This document shows positions 45,187 to 55,108 of a DNA stretch of 64,000 nucleotides, piece after piece. Source of the DNA: a virus (Duplodnaviria; Caudoviricetes); the IMG/VR virus record IMGVR_UViG_641201351_000001, positions 1 through 64,000 of that record. One strand, written 5' to 3'. The position numbers and the translations under genes were made by a program. Each line of letters opens with the position of its first letter. Position 1 is the first letter of the stretch. The notes under the pieces are model-generated. The model was not told the DNA's origin and made no database searches. It worked only from the letters and a program-made list of their open reading frames with translations.

Positions 45187-46209
45187 ATGAAGACTAGAAC
45201 AATTGACGAAATTAGATATCTAAAAAGACTAGAAAACATCATAAAAGCTAGAATGCAAGATATTGTTAATAGCAATGATATCATTGAGTCTACCCCAGAA
45301 GATAAAGTAAGAATACGGATACCTATAATGGACGAACCGTATTTTAAACCTGTGTTTCCTGGTAGTGGTGCTGGGGCAGGATCTGGATCGGGGAGTGAAC
45401 CTGGAGAGGGTAGCGAGGAAGGTGATCACGAAATTGAAATTGAACTTACTGTTGAAGAACTTTCTGAACTTCTATTTGAATACCTAGGATTGCCCAAAAT
45501 AAAACCAAAAGGCTCTTCTGTAGAGAAAGAAGAATATTTAATTGAAGGAATTTCTAAGACTGGACCAAGATCTAGAATACACAGGAGGAAAACATATTAC
45601 GAAATTATGAAGTATGGTTATAAAGAAGATTCTATAAGGTACAAACACCTTAGGAAAAGAGAAGTACCAATATTTGATGCAATAGTTTATTTTGCAAGAG
45701 ATTACTCTGCATCAGTAGATGACAAGAAAAAATTTAAAATAAAATCAACAGCGTTTTGGATAAATAACTTCATTAAATACAATTACAAGAATGTAACAAC
45801 AAAGTTTGCTGTTCACGACACAAAGGCTAAATTTGTAAGCGAGCAAGATTTTTTTAAGTTGTCTGAAGGTGGAGCTACGCTTTGTTCTTCAGTTTTTGAG
45901 TTAATATATGAAGACTACAGAAGGTATTCAGTAGACGATTATAATTTTTACCTCTTTTACTTCTCTGATGGCGAAAATCTACCAGATGACAATCCTAAAC
46001 TTAGGGAATTAGTAGAAAAGCTATCAGAGGACTTTAACTTAATAGCTTATGGAGAGGTAAAAAGTACAGATGTTTATTACGGATATGGATCTAAAGAAAC
46101 TCTGGTTCCATTATTTATTTCAGTTGGAAAAGATAATGTATTTGCAGAAAAAATCTTTTCAGTAAAGGATTTTATATTGAGGCTTTTTGGTGAGAAAAAT
46201 GAAAGGTAG
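45187..46209 (+). CDS. yeaH: YeaH/YhbH (DUF444) VWA-domain protein
   Basis: VRIPI..EPYF, Gly-rich GSGAGAGSG..GEG..GDH, ELLFEYLGLP, RDYSAS (MIDAS), EGGATLCSS, YFSDGEN, YGEV. Confidence 0.88.
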   Translation: MKTRTIDEIRYLKRLENIIKARMQDIVNSNDIIESTPEDKVRIRIPIMDEPYFKPVFPGSGAGAGSGSGSEPGEGSEEGDHEIEIELTVEELSELLFEYLGLPKIKPKGSSVEKEEYLIEGISKTGPRSRIHRRKTYYEIMKYGYKEDSIRYKHLRKREVPIFDAIVYFARDYSASVDDKKKFKIKSTAFWINNFIKYNYKNVTTKFAVHDTKAKFVSEQDFFKLSEGGATLCSSVFELIYEDYRRYSVDDYNFYLFYFSDGENLPDDNPKLRELVEKLSEDFNLIAYGEVKSTDVYYGYGSKETLVPLFISVGKDNVFAEKIFSVKDFILRLFGEKNER

Positions 46210-47536
46210 AAATTACGAAAAAGAAACCTTAGAAATTCTTGAATGGGTAAAAGATTTGGGTTTAGAACCGAAAGACACAATTTTTGTAGATGTAGATAGA
46301 GATAAGCTAATTTTTGCAATATCAAACCACTTTGTTAATGGAATTCCACATTGGACAAAAGGAAGAAATTTCATAAAATACAAAGAACATGAATTGCAAG
46401 GAGGAAAAGTATTTGAAGTTGTTTTTAATAGTACACCAGCAGTAGCCTATATGAGTCTGGCGTTGACAGAAGCTGATATATTGACGATTATTGCTCATGT
46501 TTACGGTCATACACACATTTTTGCAAATAATATTTTTGAATACAAGGATGACAACATATTAGAAAAACTTAACTATTCTCTCCAAGTTTACGAAGAAATG
46601 CTTTCTTATTATTCTTACGATGAGCTAGATGTAATTTATGACTACGCTTATACTGCTTGGAACCTTTTGGTTCCTGATGAAATTCGTGAGAATAAAATAG
46701 AAAACACAACTAAAGAAGAGTTTACTGAGAATAAAATATTTAACAAATTTTTGGGAAGGAAGCCAAAAGTAGAAGATTTTAGGGAAAAGTACAAAAAAGA
46801 GAAAGAAACGGAGTTTAAAAAGAAATATGGAATAGGTTCTGTGTATATACACGAATACATACTAGAACATTCACCCATTCCTGATTGGATGAAAACGCTT
46901 ATAAACAATGAAATTGATCTGCTTAAAGTAATAATGAGAAAGTCAAAATTAAAAATTCTCCACGAGGGGTTTGCTTCTTGGGTAGATACAAAATATCTGC
47001 TTGAAAAAATGGAGGGAAAAGAGTTTTTTAGTAGCTTAATTTCATCTACTCTTGTTGGTTATCCCAGTTTGAGAAATCCTTACTATATTGGATATAAGTT
47101 GTTAGAATTTGCAGAGAATTTTATGAATAAGAAAATACCAGAATATGTTAAATATGTTGATGATTTTGAGCTTATAGAGGAGGTGTTTAATGAAGACTTT
47201 TTTTATTGGCTTTTAAAGCAGTTTCCTCTAGATGAGGATGAGAAGAAAATTTTGTCTGACAGAGAATTGTTTGAAGAAGTTTTTGAGAATCAGAAACAAA
47301 AACTTTTATCAGAATGTCTAAATTATTATCCAATCATTTATATAGATGACTACCCAGATAACATTGAGGAGCCGTCATATGATTATCTAAAAGTATCTTC
47401 GTATTCGCAAAACAGAAAATTAAAGCTTACTTCACAAACCCCGTTGGACACTAGGTATGCTTACGAAACACTAAAAGTTTTAGAAAAAATTTGGATGGGA
47501 CCAATTGTGTTAAGATACAAAACGCTAAAAAAATAG
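46200..47536 (+). CDS. spoVR: SpoVR/YcgB family protein
   Basis: PHWTKG, FEVVFNSTPAVAY, IAHVYGHTHIFANN, KILHEGFASW, NPYYIG. The start is uncertain (ORF track: 46187). Confidence 0.85.
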
Positions 47537-47563
47537 GCGAAAGTGCCGGGATATAATTAGATT

Positions 47564-49414
47564 ATGAACCTTGTGGATATTATAAGTTTCTTTGGAACTA
47601 CAGGATCACAACTTCCGTTTAACATAAAAGAAGAGGAAGGAAAATATTACCTAATAAACAACCCCAATAACAAAGTAAACAATATTCCGCTTTCAGATGG
47701 AATTTATTTTGAAGTAATTCAAGGTACGCTAGACAATCAAAACGGGCTAACTCAAAATTTGGTTGTTAAGCTAAGAAATCCAAACAATATACAAATAGCT
47801 TCCTCGTATGTTGTTAGACTTTACAACGCCCAAAACGGTGCTCTACTATTTGAAACTTATGTACCCACTTCCTTCGATGGTTTAGAAGTTTCTTTTTCAA
47901 CTAATGTAAATGTTCCACTTATTACGATTGAAGCAAACGGGTTAGTCCTCTACACAAGTTATGAATACTTAAATGGCTATATTCCTTTAGACCAAAGAAT
48001 TTATGCTTCTTTTAGAGATCCTAATAACATTGAAGTTTTTAGGGCTTTTTTTGTTAGAAAGGTAAACAACAAAAGATATTTCACTTCAACCTTCAGATCT
48101 GTTTACAACAAGTTTTTGAATTCGTCGGCAATTCCTTTTAGATTTTTAGACGCTTACCTAAACAATACAATAATAGGAAATTTCAATTATCAAATAATCA
48201 CAGAATTTAAATTTCCACAGCAGTATAGATTTATTTCAGAACAAGAGTCGCTTTCTATAAGCGCTTATTCAATAATGCTTTTAGCTTTCTATAAAGATTT
48301 TGTTGAAAAACTATCTGGATTTTTAGTAGATGAAGTAGACTTTTCACAACTAGATAAAGATTCAAGAAACTTTCCTTACAAAAAGTATTTTTACAACAAA
48401 AACACTTTGTCTTACGAAAAAGTATCCTCCTATGTGGACATAACAGAGCTTTTGCTTGCAATACTACTAGGAATAAAAATATATGGAATGCTAGATTCCA
48501 GCAAACAAATAATTGATAATTTGGTTAATGCGCTAAACACTTTTTCACCAACTGTTTATTATCCAGACGCATCAGTTGGTTCAAAGGCTTTAATACCTGA
48601 TATCATAAATTCAAATGTAGAAGAACAGTATTCTTTGTTTACAAATGTTTTATTTGCGCATATATTAAATCTTTTAGGAATTGATAATTCGACATTAATC
48701 GATGAAATAAACAGAGTATTTGTCAATAATAGCAAAAAAACAGAAAATAGGTCTTTAGGCACTATAAACTCTTTTACTCCTCTTGAAGCGGCAGTTATTT
48801 TAAAATTTGCACCCCAATATCTTGATACAAGTAACAATTATGTTTCTTCACTAATTTCTTCAGCAACCTCTCATCTCTATTCTGTAGAATATGTAAACTC
48901 TATAGCTTTAAATTCTGATGCAAATTCAGATTCTTACAACCCAATATATAGTGAAAATCTGTCTTCAGCTTTGCCATTTTACGACAAAAGAACTTATGTA
49001 AATCTAATTATAAATAGTCTGTTAGATAATCCGATAAACAACTTTAGAGCTTTTTCTTCTGACGAAGCAATATTGGATAGCTACAAATATTCTATTTACG
49101 AAGGTTTTTATATATTGCCTTCACTTAGAGCAAACCTGACATATTTCTTTTTGAGTATGGAGAATGCATTTGAAGGTAGGGTAGAAGAAAAATCTGAAGT
49201 TGTGCTTATAGATAGTGTTATAAGTGTTGGAACAAATCAGTTGATTGTGGAATTAATTTTTAATAAACCAGTAAAAATTTTGTCAATAATTTCTAATCAA
49301 GGAGTACCTACAGCTTACGCATCGTCAATGTCTGAAAGCGCTCACCATGTATTAACATTTTCTGTTATTAACACCTACTTAAATGGGGTTTTAGAAATTT
49401 ACGTTCTAAGTTAA
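47564..49414 (+). CDS. Hypothetical protein; degenerate paralog of 27328..29085
   Basis: Leaderless TATAAT-6-ATG; colinear degenerate motifs (see findings). Confidence 0.55.
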   Translation: MNLVDIISFFGTTGSQLPFNIKEEEGKYYLINNPNNKVNNIPLSDGIYFEVIQGTLDNQNGLTQNLVVKLRNPNNIQIASSYVVRLYNAQNGALLFETYVPTSFDGLEVSFSTNVNVPLITIEANGLVLYTSYEYLNGYIPLDQRIYASFRDPNNIEVFRAFFVRKVNNKRYFTSTFRSVYNKFLNSSAIPFRFLDAYLNNTIIGNFNYQIITEFKFPQQYRFISEQESLSISAYSIMLLAFYKDFVEKLSGFLVDEVDFSQLDKDSRNFPYKKYFYNKNTLSYEKVSSYVDITELLLAILLGIKIYGMLDSSKQIIDNLVNALNTFSPTVYYPDASVGSKALIPDIINSNVEEQYSLFTNVLFAHILNLLGIDNSTLIDEINRVFVNNSKKTENRSLGTINSFTPLEAAVILKFAPQYLDTSNNYVSSLISSATSHLYSVEYVNSIALNSDANSDSYNPIYSENLSSALPFYDKRTYVNLIINSLLDNPINNFRAFSSDEAILDSYKYSIYEGFYILPSLRANLTYFFLSMENAFEGRVEEKSEVVLIDSVISVGTNQLIVELIFNKPVKILSIISNQGVPTAYASSMSESAHHVLTFSVINTYLNGVLEIYVLS

Positions 49415-49452
49415 CCTAAAGAACGGGAAGAAAGTGCTATAATATACTCAAG

Positions 49453-51312
49453 ATGAAGTTAAACAGGTTTTTCAAGGGTAAAACAGCGGAGAGCAGAAAA
49501 CTTTCATTTAAAGAATTTCTTGAGGAAAAATTTGTAAGAAACCCCGCAAAGTATTCTAGAAGTGCACATAAATACCTTTTTGATGCAATTACATATTTTG
49601 GGTTCGATGAGGAAAGAAAAATTCCAAAAATCTTTGCAGATGAGCTTTTTGGTGTTGACGATAAAATAAGAGAATTCATGACTATTTTAGAAGCGGGCGC
49701 AAATGGTCATGATGTAAGAAGAAGAATAATCCTTTTTGTTGGTCCAGTAGGAACGGCAAAAAGTACCTTTGTAAGCATTATTAAGAAGGCACTAGAAAGA
49801 TACTCCAAAACAGAAGAAGGAGAAATTTATGCTATAGAATTTTGTCCGATACATGAAGATCCACTAAATTTGATTCCAGAAGATACAAGAGATGATTTTT
49901 ATAAGGAGTTTGGAGTAAAAATAGATCAAGAACTTTGCCCAGTTTGCAGGCATAAATTAAAGGAACTGAAATATGAAGATGTTAGTACAGTACCAGTAGT
50001 TAGGTTTACTTTTTCTGAAGCCGAAAGAAGAGGAATTGCTACATTTGTTCCTGCAGATTGGACCTCACAAGATGTTTCTGTACTTGTTGGCTCAGAAAAT
50101 TTCAGAGCTGTGCAAGAGTTAGGTGATCCTTCACATCCTTTGGGTTGGAATTTTAATGGTTCATTATTTGTTGCAAACAGAGGAATTCATGAATTTATTG
50201 AGCTTCACAAAGCAAAACCAGACCTTCTTTTTCCTTTAATTACTGTTGCACAAGAAAGAAAAGTAAAAGTTGATAGGTTTGGTTTAATCGATGTTGATGA
50301 GGTCTTGATTGCGCATACAAACTATGCAGAATACAATAAATTCGTTAACAAAAAAGAAAATGAAGCGTTAAAAGATAGAACAAGAGAAATAAATTGGATT
50401 TACAATTTAAGATGGGACGATGAAGAAAAAATTTATAAAAAAATGTTGGGAGAAACTACATATCATTTGGCTCCTTGGACATTAAAGTTCATTTCGGGTA
50501 TTGCAATTATGTCTAGATTATCACCAGATAGAGATAAGAAGTATGACTTGTTAACTTCATTAAAACTTTACAACGGTGATTATGGTGCAATGTACTCTGA
50601 ATACCATGTAGACGAAATGAAACATCCTGACGATGGTAAGTTCGGCATTTCGCCAAGGGTAGCAGTAGATGCGCTAAGCTTTGCTTCAGTAGGAAACACT
50701 TGTGTTACTCCAATTAGAGCCTACGAAAAACTAGAAGAAATAATTAAATCTGGAAATGTTGACATACCTCATAAAGAATTTTTGGCGCTAAAAGATATGA
50801 TTTTAACAGAATACAACAAATTTATCAAAGATGCAGTCTTCAGAGCTTTCATCGGTTCTTCCTTTGCCACCGAAGCGCAAAAGTATGTGGATCGTTATAT
50901 TGAAAACGCCCAGGCGTTTATTAATGGAGAAAAAATAAAAGATCCATTTACAGGAAATTATGTAGAACCTGATGAAAAATTTTTAAGGTCAATTGAAGAG
51001 CTAGTTGGAATTTCTAAAGAAGCCGCAAAAGATTTTAGAATGAAAATTCTTGTTAAAGCAACAAATTTACTGAGAATGGGCAAAAAGATTACTTACGATA
51101 TTCATCCTCTGCTAAAAGAAGCGATTGAAAATAAAATCTTTGGCGATAGAGCAACATTTATAAGGGGCTCAATAACTTCTGTAGTAAAAACTGAAGAACA
51201 GGAAAAGCACATACAAGAAGCAGTTGAAGAACTTAAAAAGGTTGGATTTTGCGAAGTTTGTGCAAGAGAAGCTATAAGCTATGTAGCATACCTACTTGAT
51301 GTAGCAAGATAA
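49453..51312 (+). CDS. yeaG: PrkA/YeaG AAA+ ATPase (annotated as serine kinase)
   Basis: LFGVDD, LFVGPVGTAKS, CPIHEDPL, LCPVC, SQDVSVLVG, ANRGIHEFIE, IAHTN, NEALKDR, GISPR. Confidence 0.92.
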   Translation: MKLNRFFKGKTAESRKLSFKEFLEEKFVRNPAKYSRSAHKYLFDAITYFGFDEERKIPKIFADELFGVDDKIREFMTILEAGANGHDVRRRIILFVGPVGTAKSTFVSIIKKALERYSKTEEGEIYAIEFCPIHEDPLNLIPEDTRDDFYKEFGVKIDQELCPVCRHKLKELKYEDVSTVPVVRFTFSEAERRGIATFVPADWTSQDVSVLVGSENFRAVQELGDPSHPLGWNFNGSLFVANRGIHEFIELHKAKPDLLFPLITVAQERKVKVDRFGLIDVDEVLIAHTNYAEYNKFVNKKENEALKDRTREINWIYNLRWDDEEKIYKKMLGETTYHLAPWTLKFISGIAIMSRLSPDRDKKYDLLTSLKLYNGDYGAMYSEYHVDEMKHPDDGKFGISPRVAVDALSFASVGNTCVTPIRAYEKLEEIIKSGNVDIPHKEFLALKDMILTEYNKFIKDAVFRAFIGSSFATEAQKYVDRYIENAQAFINGEKIKDPFTGNYVEPDEKFLRSIEELVGISKEAAKDFRMKILVKATNLLRMGKKITYDIHPLLKEAIENKIFGDRATFIRGSITSVVKTEEQEKHIQEAVEELKKVGFCEVCAREAISYVAYLLDVAR

Positions 51313-51371
51313 AAAAGAAGAATTTGAAATTTAAACTAACTTTTCCTTCCCTAACAATGGGAAGGACGACC

Positions 51372-51400
51372 TTGCTTTCCAAAACTTTTTGTGTTAAGAT
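51372..51400 (+). promoter_or_regulatory. Promoter TTGCTT-17-(TGT)TAAGAT
   Basis: -35 at 51372-51377, -10 at 51395-51400, 9 nt before ATG 51410. Confidence 0.5.
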
Positions 51401-51409
51401 AGGTCTAGT

Positions 51410-51997
51410 ATGTACCTACCGAGTTTAATAGGGCTAGTGGGAAAAGCGGGTTCAGGAAAAGACAGATTCTACTATTCGGTTTTAGCGAAATATAATTATG
51501 TGAGAATAGCTTTTGGCGATCCTGTAAAAGTTCTGTCAGTAATTCACTTACTAAAAAGTTATCCTGGAATTCTGGAAAAAGAAGATCAATTGCTAAGAGT
51601 TTTTCCTTCTCTGTATATTGAACTATTTTCTAACCAAAAAACCTCTCTTTCTAGAACACTTCAACAATATATCGGAACTGACTTAGCAAGAAGATTTGAT
51701 GAAAATTATTGGATAAAAATAGCAGAAGAACTTATAAAGGAAAAACTAGAAAAAGGAATTCGAGTAGCAGTTACTGATGTCAGATTTTTGAATGAGGCAG
51801 AAAGCATTAAGAAGCTTGGTGGAATTTTAATTAAGATAGTTGGTAAAGGTTCCTACGATTATGGTAATTTGGAAGCAAAACATCAATCAGAAAGCGAATT
51901 GGAAAAAATAGTTTGCGATTATACAGAAAATGAGTTTACTTCTCTAATTAAAAAACACCAAATCCTCGCTTCGGAGGTAGAAGATACAGGACAGTAG
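51410..51997 (+). CDS. Deoxynucleoside monophosphate kinase
   Basis: IGLVGKAGSGKD, AFGDPVK, RTLQQYIGTD, YWI, TDVRFLNEA, HQSE. Confidence 0.9.
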   Translation: MYLPSLIGLVGKAGSGKDRFYYSVLAKYNYVRIAFGDPVKVLSVIHLLKSYPGILEKEDQLLRVFPSLYIELFSNQKTSLSRTLQQYIGTDLARRFDENYWIKIAEELIKEKLEKGIRVAVTDVRFLNEAESIKKLGGILIKIVGKGSYDYGNLEAKHQSESELEKIVCDYTENEFTSLIKKHQILASEVEDTGQ

Positions 51998-52018
51998 AAT
52001 TACTGTCCCGTATTTTTT
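51984..52018 (+). terminator. Intrinsic terminator
   Basis: ATACAGGACAGTA-GAAT-TACTGTCCCGTAT followed by a T-run. Confidence 0.7.
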
Positions 52019-52022
52019 AGAC

Positions 52023-52051
52023 TTGACTCAAAACATGGAGTGTGGTATGAT
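52023..52051 (+). promoter_or_regulatory. tRNA promoter TTGACT-17-(TGG)TATGAT
   Basis: -35 at 52023-52028, -10 at 52046-52051. Confidence 0.75.
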
Positions 52052-52067
52052 AGCTTTTGAGATGAGT

Positions 52068-52143
52068 GGCCTCGTAGCTCAACAGGAAGAGCACTCGCCT
52101 TGTAAGCGGGGGGTTGTGGGTTCAAATCCCACCGGGGCCTCCA
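52068..52143 (+). tRNA. tRNA-Thr (UGU)
   Basis: Cloverleaf: GGCCTCG/CGGGGCC acceptor, GCTC/GAGC D-arm, CTCGC-CTTGTAA-GCGGG anticodon arm, GTGGG-TTCAAAT-CCCAC T-arm, encoded CCA. Confidence 0.95.
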
Positions 52144-52148
52144 GAAAG

Positions 52149-52484
52149 ATGAAAAAAGTAAAAATAATAACCTCCTCAGAGCCTAATAAAGACTTTGTTA
52201 ATATAAACCTCCTAAATCGTAATGGAATTTTGAGGAAAAGCATTACCTATGGAGTTATGTTGAGAGAAACAAATTATGTATTTTTTGGAGTCAATGGAGA
52301 AACATACTTCAAAAACTATGTTAAAGATGTCTTTATAAGCGGAAAAAATAAACTTTTAGAAGAACTAAAAACAAAGGACACAATAAATCTTGTAACTATT
52401 GATGGAAAAGAAAATTTTTACAGCAAAATCTTAAAAGAAGTTTTATCTGATATCTTAAAAGAAGAAGGTTTTGAAGTCATTTAA
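52149..52484 (+). CDS. Hypothetical protein
   Basis: ATG 52149 after the tRNA; the ORF-track extension overlaps the tRNA and its promoter. Confidence 0.55.
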   Translation: MKKVKIITSSEPNKDFVNINLLNRNGILRKSITYGVMLRETNYVFFGVNGETYFKNYVKDVFISGKNKLLEELKTKDTINLVTIDGKENFYSKILKEVLSDILKEEGFEVI

Positions 52485-54336
52485 GAATCTCATTATCAAC
52501 AATTTCACCAAAAACCCTTTTGGCAAATTTGGCTTCTTCTTCCCTAATAAGTTTATCAAATTTATCTATTATGCTTCTTTTTTTATCAACTTTAAATAAG
52601 TCATTTTCTAAATCTTTCGGAGTGCCAACTATTGAAATAGTCTGTAGAGGAAGGTTTACCAAAAGATAAGTAAGTATCGCAACGGTATCACTCATATCTT
52701 TTGATGTATCTGGTTTGTGATCAACTTTCTTTTTTTCTCTGTCTTCAATTAAATTAGACAACTCCCAAAACAAAATTGGATGATAATACAGATGTATGCC
52801 ACCATTGTCTAACCTATCTCCCTTCCCAGAAGATGGGGGCGCTTCACCAAAAATTCTTTCTCTTAACAATGCATAGTGTTCGTAGGTAACATATTTGTTG
52901 TAGGTAACTTTCATGTGTGGATATCGTCTTTTTAGCCATTGCGCTGTTGAAGCTGAGTTATATATGTCAAAAAATGTGTGTGTAATGTTAAACTTCCTTT
53001 CTTCTATAAGTTTTTCAATTAGATTGTGCACGGCGTTTATTTGAACCTCCTCTTCATCAAACATATATCCAGTAAATCTAAATACAAGGTCAACGACTGG
53101 CCTGGGAATTAATTTTCCTTCCTTTGAATAATAGAATTCTCTATGTCCGAGAGCTATTGCGTAAGCATCTCCCTCTGTAGAAACTCTACCTAAACCAGGA
53201 TCGGCTACAAGAACATATTCAACACCTTCTTTTCCATAAAACCAGTCTTTAAATTCTAGATTGTAGGGATCTATTTTTTCATATGAGCCATCTTCTTTTA
53301 GGGTGAAAGCTTCAAGTTTAGGATTATTGTAAAAATCTTCTGGTGGCAAAGGAAACTTTAGTGGATGAAGTTCCGAAGGTTTCATTGCGTTTTTTAATCT
53401 TTCCAAATCCGTAAACCAAGCGTCTATTGGCTGTTCTGGTGGATTACAAGCATAAATTGTTTCTGCTTCTACGGGATTTTTTTCAAACTCAGAGGCAAAG
53501 GTTTCTCTTGTTATCATTGGATTTGGATTAAATTCCCAAGTAGGATATTTTGCCACAAAAGAATGAGGTAGCCCCAAATGTTCCTTATATAGTTTCTGTA
53601 TCATTCCGTTTGATTCGCTGTAACGCATGTATGAAATAGCAAAAATTTTTTCTTTCCCATTAAATCTTGACCTAGAAGAAGACCTTAACATTGTCCACAT
53701 TTTTTCTGGATTTCTAAAAGACTTAGCATCTATTTCGTCTGCTACTGCTACAAGAATGTTTTTTCCTTCCAGAGAATCGCTTTCTGAGTGGCCGCTGACT
53801 AGATGAATATTTTTGGGAAAGATAATGTGTTTTTCCTTTATATCTGTGTCTGGATTAAAACCAAACTGTCTAAAGGCTTTTGGACCAGCGTTTCTTATGT
53901 AGTTCTTTAGTGGATCAAAAAATACACTTGTAGCTTGGTCAGCTGATGCTGCAACATTAAGAAAAGTGATAATTTCTGAACTTGGTATCCCAAAGTATTT
54001 ATGTGGAGAATACATGCAAAGTAGACGATAAACAAGCCTCATAAAAATTATTCTTGTAATAAAGTCCTTTCCGCCACCCTTTCCAACCCATAAGATTATA
54101 TAATTGATGCCGTTTTCAAAATCGTCTGCTATTTCTAAAACCTTCTTTTGAGGTTCAGAAAGACCATAAAGATTTATGCCTAAATAATCGTTACTCGTTA
54201 CAAAGGTAATAATGTCTACTGGTTCTATTTCATAAATATCTTTTGGATTAAGTTCTGCCTTAGCTTCGTAAGTTTTTTTCTCTATGAGAGAGTTTATGTC
54301 TTTAATTATTGAGAAACTTTCACTCTTCTTCGGCAT
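52477..54336 (-). CDS. terL: Terminase large subunit
   Basis: VGKGGGKD Walker A, NVAASADQA, LEGKNILVAVADEID, PTWEFNP, ADPG, KVDHK..SKDMSD nuclease. Start 54336 or 54345. Confidence 0.9.
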   Translation of the reverse strand: MPKKSESFSIIKDINSLIEKKTYEAKAELNPKDIYEIEPVDIITFVTSNDYLGINLYGLSEPQKKVLEIADDFENGINYIILWVGKGGGKDFITRIIFMRLVYRLLCMYSPHKYFGIPSSEIITFLNVAASADQATSVFFDPLKNYIRNAGPKAFRQFGFNPDTDIKEKHIIFPKNIHLVSGHSESDSLEGKNILVAVADEIDAKSFRNPEKMWTMLRSSSRSRFNGKEKIFAISYMRYSESNGMIQKLYKEHLGLPHSFVAKYPTWEFNPNPMITRETFASEFEKNPVEAETIYACNPPEQPIDAWFTDLERLKNAMKPSELHPLKFPLPPEDFYNNPKLEAFTLKEDGSYEKIDPYNLEFKDWFYGKEGVEYVLVADPGLGRVSTEGDAYAIALGHREFYYSKEGKLIPRPVVDLVFRFTGYMFDEEEVQINAVHNLIEKLIEERKFNITHTFFDIYNSASTAQWLKRRYPHMKVTYNKYVTYEHYALLRERIFGEAPPSSGKGDRLDNGGIHLYYHPILFWELSNLIEDREKKKVDHKPDTSKDMSDTVAILTYLLVNLPLQTISIVGTPKDLENDLFKVDKKRSIIDKFDKLIREEEAKFAKRVFGEIVDNEILK

Positions 54337-55108
54337 AATCCACATCTAGTGCGTTTTTTTCGTTTAATTCTTTAATTCTGTTTCTTACGGCAGTTGTGTT
54401 AACAATGAGTGTAATAAAGTCTTCTAAAGAGTTGGCCTCTATTAATGCCCTAGCATACTCGTCTTGATAAAGCCTTTCTTGAAGCTTTATTGCTGTTTGA
54501 GGATCTAATTCTGATAAGATTTCGTACATTGCCTTTACAAAAGCAACTTCCCTTTGTCTATCAAGCACTTTTTCTATTAGGTTTAGATAAGTATTTGTTT
54601 GATCAACAGAAAGTTTCAATAGAACCTCAAATCTCCTTATGCTATCTTTCCAAGCGTTTAGGAGCTTTCTATTTTCAAGAACACCATCAATTCCTTTTTC
54701 TGCTAACAGGGAAGATATTTTTTCTCTTAATTTTTTAGAGATTATTGTATTGAATGTTATTTCCTTTGATAGTGCGCTTACTGAATTAAAAAAAGAATAT
54801 AAAACGCCAAAATGTGAGCTTGGATCTACAAAGCTGAGTTCCTGCAACTTCTTATCGTCAAAGTAGAAAAGATAAAAGTCTTGAAGAAGTTTGTGTATTA
54901 AGCTTGTGGATACGCCATAGCGGTTTGATATTTCATTTATGCTCAGTTTGTTTATGGAATAATCTTCTAAAACTTTGGCGATTAAATCTCTTCTTGATAG
55001 AGTTTTGTGGTTTTTGTGTGTTTCTTCTAAAGATTCAAACAAAGCAATTGCTTCTTGTAAATCCTTCTTTTCTGCTTCTTTTAATAGTTTAATGTTTATG
55101 TCCCTCAT
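54320..55108 (-). CDS. HTH protein, candidate terminase small subunit
   Basis: LSINEISNRYGVSTSLIHKLL HTH plus coiled coil, immediately upstream of TerL. Confidence 0.5.
   Translation of the reverse strand: MRDINIKLLKEAEKKDLQEAIALFESLEETHKNHKTLSRRDLIAKVLEDYSINKLSINEISNRYGVSTSLIHKLLQDFYLFYFDDKKLQELSFVDPSSHFGVLYSFFNSVSALSKEITFNTIISKKLREKISSLLAEKGIDGVLENRKLLNAWKDSIRRFEVLLKLSVDQTNTYLNLIEKVLDRQREVAFVKAMYEILSELDPQTAIKLQERLYQDEYARALIEANSLEDFITLIVNTTAVRNRIKELNEKNALDVDYAEEE

Noticed and set aside
45361-45425. GC-richer GGN-rich stretch
   Set aside because: Encodes the normal Gly/Ser linker of YeaH proteins.
51344-51366. Hairpin TCCTTCCC-7-GGGAAGGA after yeaG
   Set aside because: It has no U-tract on either strand, so it is not called as a terminator; it may be a stability or pause hairpin.
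52023-52148. N-terminal extension of the 153-aa ORF
   Set aside because: It overlaps the tRNA-Thr and its promoter; the TTG start is the -35 box.
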